From Dehalococcoidia bacterium (lineage in GTDB: Bacteria > Chloroflexota > Dehalococcoidia > UBA2979), in NCBI GenBank assembly GCA_030684635.1, contig JAUXUW010000129.1:1-63846 (forward strand): a stretch of DNA of 63,846 bases, read 5' to 3'. Under the pieces are notes generated by a model. It made no database searches and was not told the origin of the DNA. It saw only the letters and a list, made by a program, of their open reading frames with translations. Made by a program: the position numbers and the translations under genes. Numbering within the stretch: the stretch's first letter is position 1; each line of letters starts with the position of its first letter. Below, piece by piece: positions 57,098 through 62,601 of this stretch.

Positions 57098-57131
57098 AAG
57101 ATCCCGGCCACGCAGGTCATGAATGGATCGG

Positions 57132-57479
57132 CTAGTGCGGCGCGCCGCCTCGGGCCGACCGGATGACTGCCCCCCAGCCGGCCACGGCCCCCAGCAACAG
57201 CGGGAGACCGATCGAGGCGATCGCCAGCAGCCCCAGCACCGTCATCCCGGTAGCGGCCATTGCGAGGAGCCAGGTACCTGCCTCCGAGTCCGGCCGCAGC
57301 GAGCCGAGCACGGCGAGGATCGGGAGCAGGGCAAAGAGCGCCGCGAACGCGGCAACCCGCAGCCTCGCGCCGTCGGTGTCGACCGCACCCTGCGCGATCA
57401 GCGACAGATACAGCACGGCGACGGCACCCGAAAGCGCCGCCGCCGCAAACCCTGCTGCCGAGATGCGCCCGCGCTTCAC
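57132..57479 (-). CDS. Hypothetical small membrane protein (about 4 TM)
   Basis: 115-aa Ala/Leu-rich hydrophobic ORF, 12 nt downstream of the third carrier gene. Confidence 0.45.
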   Translation of the reverse strand: MKRGRISAAGFAAAALSGAVAVLYLSLIAQGAVDTDGARLRVAAFAALFALLPILAVLGSLRPDSEAGTWLLAMAATGMTVLGLLAIASIGLPLLLGAVAGWGAVIRSARGGAPH

Positions 57480-57491
57480 GGTGGGCCGGGC

Positions 57492-57770
57492 CTACGCCCC
57501 GCCCGCCACCGCCGGGACGATGGAAACCTCGTCGCCACTCTTGAGGGCCGTGCCCAGGCCCTGTAGGAAGCGCACATCCTCGCCGTTCACGTAGATATTC
57601 ACGAAGCGGCGGATCTCGCCGCCCTCGTCCAGCAGGCGCTCGCGCATGCCGGGGAACTGAGTCTCCAGCGCGCCCACCACGGTCTGGAGGTCCGCCGCGT
57701 CGATCTTCGCGGTGTCCTGGTTCTGGGTGAGCCCGCGGAGCGGGGTCGGGATCTTCACGGTCACGGCCAT
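57492..57770 (-). CDS. CysO/MoaD/ThiS-family sulfur-carrier protein, C-terminus ...AVAGG-A
   Basis: 92 aa, MAVTVKIPTP...RRFVNIYVNGEDVRFLQG...DEVSIVPAVAGGA. Close paralog of 54017-54295, with one extra Ala after Gly-Gly. Confidence 0.85.
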   Translation of the reverse strand: MAVTVKIPTPLRGLTQNQDTAKIDAADLQTVVGALETQFPGMRERLLDEGGEIRRFVNIYVNGEDVRFLQGLGTALKSGDEVSIVPAVAGGA

Positions 57771-57820
57771 CAGGTCAGTCCTTATCGATACTGTCTGGTC
57801 TCGAAATTCGTGCGCGCGGG

Positions 57821-58066
57821 CTACCCCTCGACGACGTCGCCGAGGGTGGCGTCGTCCACGCGGACGCCCTTCGAGCGCGCCCAGTCGAGCGCGCGCTGGA
57901 TCTCGTCGTCGTCACCCTCCAGGCCAAGGATGACCCAGCCGATGCTCTGGTCGATCGCCGCCATGCGGATGCTGGTGACCACCTTGAACAGGTGGCCCAT
58001 CTGGTAGACCACCGGCTCGCGGACCTGCTCCGCGCCGAAGGTCAGGCGGACGTGCTTCTCCGGCAT
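57821..58066 (-). CDS. Stand-alone NIL-domain protein
   Basis: 81 aa, ...VRLTFGAEQVREPVVYQMGHLFKVVTSIRMAAID...GWVILGLEGDDDEIQRALDWARSKGVRVD. It follows the NIL-domain pattern known from MetN C-termini. Confidence 0.75.
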   Translation of the reverse strand: MPEKHVRLTFGAEQVREPVVYQMGHLFKVVTSIRMAAIDQSIGWVILGLEGDDDEIQRALDWARSKGVRVDDATLGDVVEG

Positions 58067-58076
58067 ACGGTCCCCC

Positions 58077-59336
58077 TTACGCCGTCACGGGCTGGCCGCG
58101 CTGCGCTTCACGCGCGGCGCGGGCCTCGATGAATGCGTTGACGCTCGGCTGGATGTGGAGCGGTTCGACGACCTCGTCCATCACCGCCTCGATCGTCTTG
58201 AGGCCGCCGCCGCTGATGATCGCGACCGTTTCCTCGTCCCGCTTGATGAACCCGGAGGCCACCAGCTTCTTGAGGCAGGCGATCGTCACGCCGCCAGCCG
58301 TCTCGGCAAAGATGCCCTCGGTCTCGGCGAGCAGTTTGATGCCGTCCACGATCTCCGGGTCCGTCGCCATCTCCGCGCCGCCGCCGGTCTCTTCCATCTG
58401 CTTCAGCGCGTAGTAGCCATCCGCCGGGTTCCCGATCGCGAGCGACTTCGCGATCGTGTTCGGCTTCTGCGGCACGAAGTTCAGCGTGTCGTTCGCGAAC
58501 GCGGTCGCGATCGGCGAACAGCCGGTCGCCTGCGCGCCGGACATCTTCGTGTGTGGCTTCTCGATCAGGCCGACCTGGTGGAACTCCTTCAGCCCCTTCC
58601 AGATCTTCGTGAACATGGAGCCAGACGCCATCGGCGCCACGATGTGGTCGGGGGCGCGCCAGCCCAGTTGCTCCGCGATCTCGTACCCGAGCGAACGCGA
58701 GCCTTCCGCGTAGTACGGGCGGACGTTGATGTTCACGAAGGCCCAGTTGAATTGCATCGAGAGCTCGGTACAGAGCCGGTTCACGTCGTCGTAGGAGCCG
58801 CGCACCGTCACCAGGTGCGGGTCGTAGATCGCGCTGCCGACGACCTTGCCGCGCTCCAGGTCGTCCGGGATGAAGACGAAGCAGTCCATCCCGGCGCCCG
58901 CCGCGTGCGCCGCCACGGAGTTCGCGAGGTTCCCCGTGGAGGCGCACGCGATGGCGTCGAAGCCGAACTCACGCGCCTTCGCGATCGCCACGGAGACCAC
59001 GCGGTCCTTGAAGGACCAGGTCGGGTTCACGGTGTCGTTCTTGATCCACAGCGTGTCGAGGCCGATCGCCTTCGCCAGCCGGTCGGCGCGGAGCAACGGC
59101 GTGAAGCCCGTGCCCAGGTCCACCTTGAATGCCGGGTCGCAGGGCAGGAACGGGGCGTAGCGCCAGAGGGTGTTCGGGCCCGCCTCGATGGCGTCGCGGG
59201 TCGCCGCCTCCCGGATCGCGTCGTAGTCATAGGCGACTTCCAGCGGGCCGAAGCAGAACTCACAGGAGAAGATCGGCGCGATCGCGTACTCGCGGCCGCA
59301 CTCCCGACACTTCAGGGCACGATTGAACGAAGACAT
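58077..59336 (-). CDS. Threonine-synthase-like PLP enzyme, long form with an N-terminal zinc ribbon (second ThrC paralog)
   Basis: 419 aa with CRECGREY...CEFCFGP ribbon, PLP lysine motif NPTWSFKDR, and ASTGNLANS. Confidence 0.9.
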   Translation of the reverse strand: MSSFNRALKCRECGREYAIAPIFSCEFCFGPLEVAYDYDAIREAATRDAIEAGPNTLWRYAPFLPCDPAFKVDLGTGFTPLLRADRLAKAIGLDTLWIKNDTVNPTWSFKDRVVSVAIAKAREFGFDAIACASTGNLANSVAAHAAGAGMDCFVFIPDDLERGKVVGSAIYDPHLVTVRGSYDDVNRLCTELSMQFNWAFVNINVRPYYAEGSRSLGYEIAEQLGWRAPDHIVAPMASGSMFTKIWKGLKEFHQVGLIEKPHTKMSGAQATGCSPIATAFANDTLNFVPQKPNTIAKSLAIGNPADGYYALKQMEETGGGAEMATDPEIVDGIKLLAETEGIFAETAGGVTIACLKKLVASGFIKRDEETVAIISGGGLKTIEAVMDEVVEPLHIQPSVNAFIEARAAREAQRGQPVTA

Positions 59337-59505
59337 GGCGATGTTCCTTGGGCAGAACTGGTGACTGAGGGGTGTCGTCGGTGACGCCCGATCCGCAGCG
59401 CCGTGGAGGCGCGCGATCGGGCTAGCGCATCGCCATGCGGCCCATCGAGGGCGGGAGCGGGCCGGCGAAGGAGGTGGAGACGGGCATGTGCGGTTCGCGC
59501 CTTCC

Positions 59506-59630
59506 GTTCATCTTTCCCGCCTCGGAGGTTCCGAGGGTCGGGCCGGAGGGAGCACCGTGTCCGCCCCGGCGAAGGGCGACCGGTTGCCGCGGTTTCTCAG
59601 GGCCGGAACCCTCCACCGCTCTGGATGAAC
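59506..59630 (-). promoter_or_regulatory. SAM-I (S-box) riboswitch aptamer
   Basis: The minus strand reads GUUCAUCCAGAGCGGUGGAGGGUUCCGGCCCUGAGAAACCGCGGCAACC-(P3)-GGUGCUCCCUCCGGCC-(P4)-GGGAAAGAUGAAC. P1 is UUCAUC/GAUGAA, and the AGAG, GGAGGG, GCCC, UGAGAA and GCAACC core blocks are in the canonical order. It sits in the 5-prime leader of the ThrC-like gene. Confidence 0.85.
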
Positions 59631-59670
59631 CGCCGAGGGGCCACCGGCCCGCCCGACGCGTATCGGTTCG

Positions 59671-59700
59671 AGACTACGGACGGGCCGTCCGTTCTGTCAA
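59671..59700 (-). promoter_or_regulatory. Candidate promoter of the riboswitch-controlled operon
   Basis: The minus strand reads TTGACA (59700-59695), 18 nt, TAGTCT (59676-59671), about 40 nt upstream of the aptamer P1. Confidence 0.55.
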
Positions 59701-59713
59701 TCAGTGCCCAGAC

Positions 59714-60013
59714 TCACCCGCCCAGAGGCGGCGCACCGCCCCGGACGGCGCGCATCCGCGCCTCGTTCACGGCCTGGCGCACCCGGTCGAGGTCGATCGG
59801 GGCGGTGCTGACGACCTCGCCCGCCACCTCCACGACCGGGATCTCCAGCAGGAAGCGCTTCTCGAGGTCCGGGTCGGACTCGATGTTCACCTCGCGCAGG
59901 TCGAAGGGGATCGTGCGGCCCAGGGCATAGAGCATCTGCTTCGCGACGGCGCAGAGGTGGCAGCCGGGGCGCGAGTAGAGGACGACCTCCGGGCGCGGGG
60001 ACGCGGTCGCCAC
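59714..60013 (-). CDS. Glutaredoxin-like (thioredoxin-fold, DUF836-type) protein
   Basis: GTG at 60011-60013 lies 2 nt after the lgt stop. VATASPRPEVVLYSRPGCHLCAVAKQML...IESDPDLEKRFLLEIPVV has a CxxC active site. 99 aa. Confidence 0.75.
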   Translation of the reverse strand: MATASPRPEVVLYSRPGCHLCAVAKQMLYALGRTIPFDLREVNIESDPDLEKRFLLEIPVVEVAGEVVSTAPIDLDRVRQAVNEARMRAVRGGAPPLGG

Positions 60014-60015
60014 CG

Positions 60016-60888
60016 CTAAGCCCGCCGCACCTGCACGCGGCCCGCGGGGCTCGCCGCCTCCGCCGGACCTCGGTCCATCGGGCCGCGGCGCCAGAACAGG
60101 GCGGCCACGGGAACCGAGAGCGCGACGACGATGACGGAGACCAGTTGCGGGACGGTGACATCCGTCAGCACGGTGCCGGCCGAGTCCACGCGCAGGTAGG
60201 AGACCATGAAGCGCATCACCGCGTAGGTGTTGAGGAATGCGAAGAACGCCAGCCCCGGCCGGCGTTTGAACGGCCCGCTGATCAACCAGAGCAGCATCCC
60301 GAGGATCAGGAAGTCGCCCAGCATCTCGTACGTCGTCGCCGGGTGGTGCGCGCCGACCGTGACGGAGTGCGCGAAGGCGGGTGAGTTCGGGTGGGTGTAG
60401 ATGACGCCCCACGGCAGGTCGGTCGCCCGCGACAGGTGTTCGCCGTTGATCAGGTCGCCGATGCGCCCGATCCCCATGCCCAGGATCAGGCCGGGGGCGG
60501 CGGCATCGAGCCCGTTCGCGACGTCCCAGCCCTTCCACAGCGCGTATGCCAGCGGCCCCGCGACGCCACCGAGGACCGCGCCCCAGATGGAGATGCCGCC
60601 CTCGGTCAGCTGGATGATCTGCGCGGGGTTCGCGCCGTAGAAGTCCCAGTGTTCCGCCACGAACAGCAGCCGCGCGCCGATGATGCCGGAGGGCACGCCG
60701 ATCAGCGCCAGCGTGTAGGCGTTGTCCACGTCGAAGTGGATCCGCTCCGCCACCCGCAGCGAGAGCCAGACGCCGCCCAGGATGCCCAGGGCGGTGAACA
60801 GGCCGTGCCAGGTCAACAGGAACGGCCCGAGCTTCCCGAAGTCCGGGTCGAACGGGATCTCGATCGCGAGTCGCACGGCAGTCGGCAT
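60016..60888 (-). CDS. lgt: Prolipoprotein diacylglyceryl transferase
   Basis: 290 aa, ...LTWHGLFTALGI..., GARLLFV..., GRIGDLINGEH..., multi-TM. Confidence 0.93.
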   Translation of the reverse strand: MPTAVRLAIEIPFDPDFGKLGPFLLTWHGLFTALGILGGVWLSLRVAERIHFDVDNAYTLALIGVPSGIIGARLLFVAEHWDFYGANPAQIIQLTEGGISIWGAVLGGVAGPLAYALWKGWDVANGLDAAAPGLILGMGIGRIGDLINGEHLSRATDLPWGVIYTHPNSPAFAHSVTVGAHHPATTYEMLGDFLILGMLLWLISGPFKRRPGLAFFAFLNTYAVMRFMVSYLRVDSAGTVLTDVTVPQLVSVIVVALSVPVAALFWRRGPMDRGPAEAASPAGRVQVRRA

Positions 60889-60952
60889 GACGCAGGCCTC
60901 CAGCGCACCGTGGGAGTGGCGCTATCTATCAACGATAGCGGCTGAGGGGCGC

Positions 60953-61741
60953 TTACGCCCCGGCGCTTGGCCCCGGCGAGAACGCCTGCTCGTATAACGC
61001 CCGCACGGTCGCCGGGTCCAACCCGTCGCCCAGGAACGACTCTCCGATGCGGACCTCGAAGTGCAGATGCAGTTCCGTGTTCGGTGACGTCACGGACTCC
61101 GGCGTGCCGGACTCGCCGATGCCACCGACCAGTTGCCCCGCGGTGACCTGGATGCCGACGGCGATGCCTTCATCGATCGAGTCCAGGTGGCAGTACCGCG
61201 TCACCAGTCCGTTGCCGTGGTCGATCCACACCTGCCGGCCGCGGTAGGTGTCCAGCGTTCCCGGGTCGCTGAACCCCTGCGCGGCGGTGCGCGCGTCCAG
61301 TTCCACCACCTGCTCGACCGTCAGCTCCACGTAGTCGTGATCGGCGCGCTTCACCACGCCGGCCGCGGCCGCAATCACCGGCGTCCCGCGGTCGATCACC
61401 ACACACGAGTCACCGAAGTAGAAGTCCACACCTTCGTGGAAGCCGTTCCGATAGGCCCGCGGTGCGTTCGGCATCAGCCGGTCGCTCGAAGGCAGGCAGG
61501 CGCCCTCCACCGGCATCGTCAGCCCCACCAGGGCGTTCGGGTCGATCGTTGAAGGCGGCGGGGTCGGGGTGAACGGCATTGCCGTCGCCGTGGGGATCGC
61601 TGCGGTCGGCGTGCTCGCAACCGGGCTGCCGTCCGCGAGCACCGTGATGTCCGAGTCACCGCCGCCGAGGCAGCCGTTGAGCAGGAGCGCCAGGGGCGTC
61701 ACCCCGAGCAGTCGAAGGAAGTCGCGGCGCGGCGCGCGCAT
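60953..61741 (-). CDS. M23-family metallopeptidase lipoprotein
   Basis: ATG at 61739-61741. Signal MRAPRRDFLRLLGVTPLALLLNGC (lipobox LNGC). M23 motifs HEGVDF ... HLHFEV. The upstream 188 aa in the ORF track overlap gatD. Confidence 0.88.
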   Translation of the reverse strand: MRAPRRDFLRLLGVTPLALLLNGCLGGGDSDITVLADGSPVASTPTAAIPTATAMPFTPTPPPSTIDPNALVGLTMPVEGACLPSSDRLMPNAPRAYRNGFHEGVDFYFGDSCVVIDRGTPVIAAAAGVVKRADHDYVELTVEQVVELDARTAAQGFSDPGTLDTYRGRQVWIDHGNGLVTRYCHLDSIDEGIAVGIQVTAGQLVGGIGESGTPESVTSPNTELHLHFEVRIGESFLGDGLDPATVRALYEQAFSPGPSAGA

Positions 61742-61809
61742 ATCGTGTCCGTCTCCACCCCGCCGGATTCCAGCATACCGCTGCGCTCCGGACGGTCGAC
61801 CCGGTGCGA

Positions 61810-62601
61810 TTACGGCCGCGCGACACCCTCGAAGCGGGGCGCGCGACGCCGGGCGACCTCCGCGGCGGCGTGATGCGCGCGGGCCGCGTACAGGTCCTGC
61901 TCCCAGGCGATCCGCAGGTCGCGGCCGTAGCGGTGCCGCAGCGCCGCCTCGATCAGGTGATCGAGGAGCGCGAGGTTTTTCGGCAGGACGGAGCCGTGGA
62001 GGTACGTCCCGATCGCCTCGCGGTACACGCAGCCCTCGGTGCCGTCCGCGCCGTTGTTGCCGAAGCCGTGCTCCACGCGCGCGAACGGCCGTGCCGCCGG
62101 CCCCAGGTAGGTGCGCCCGCCGTGGTTCTCGAACCCGACGACCTCGCCAACATCGTCCAGCGTGGAGACGGCCAGCACGTCGCCGATGCACCGAGCCCAG
62201 CCCGGGCCGGGCGCCACGGTCGTCACGTCGAACAGGCCGATGCCCGGCAACGACTCGCCCGCGCTGTCGCGGTACCAGTGGCCGAACAGTTGGAAGCCGC
62301 CGCACACCGCCAGCATCGCGACGTCATCTTCCGCCCACGCGCGCAGTTTCGGGCCGCGGGTTGCGAGTTCCTGCGCGATCCGGCGCTGCTCACGGTCCTG
62401 CCCGCCGCCGATCAGCAGCAGATCCGCCTCCACCGGCAGCGCGTCGCCCAGGCTGACCCGCGTCACCTCCACCCTGACCCCCAGCACCGCCGCGCGGTGC
62501 TGGAGCGCGAGCAGGTTGCCGCGGTCCGCGTACACGCTCATCACGTCGTCATAGAGCGAGACCACGCGGATCGTGCCGAGCGACGGGCGTTCTGAGGTCA
62601 T
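61810..62601 (-). CDS. gatD: CobQ/GATase-type glutamine amidotransferase, GatD-like (lipid II isoglutaminyl synthase subunit)
   Basis: 263 aa, ...YADRGNLLAL...LLLIGGGQDREQ...AVCGGFQLFG...GFENHGGRT. Overlaps the murT stop by 4 nt. Confidence 0.85.
   Translation of the reverse strand: MTSERPSLGTIRVVSLYDDVMSVYADRGNLLALQHRAAVLGVRVEVTRVSLGDALPVEADLLLIGGGQDREQRRIAQELATRGPKLRAWAEDDVAMLAVCGGFQLFGHWYRDSAGESLPGIGLFDVTTVAPGPGWARCIGDVLAVSTLDDVGEVVGFENHGGRTYLGPAARPFARVEHGFGNNGADGTEGCVYREAIGTYLHGSVLPKNLALLDHLIEAALRHRYGRDLRIAWEQDLYAARAHHAAAEVARRRAPRFEGVARP

Noticed and set aside
55358-57166. 602-aa plus-strand ORF across the cysK/Rrf2 region.
   Set aside because: It is antisense to recognisable CysK and Rrf2 genes. 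Shadow ORF.
59337-59505. Expression platform of the SAM-I riboswitch, examined for an intrinsic terminator.
   Set aside because: A long hairpin (GCCCGATC...GATCGGGC, about 59385-59421) exists but is not followed by a U tract. A CCUCCUU segment could instead pair with the AAGGAA SD. The mechanism (transcriptional versus translational) cannot be decided from sequence alone, so I annotated no terminator.
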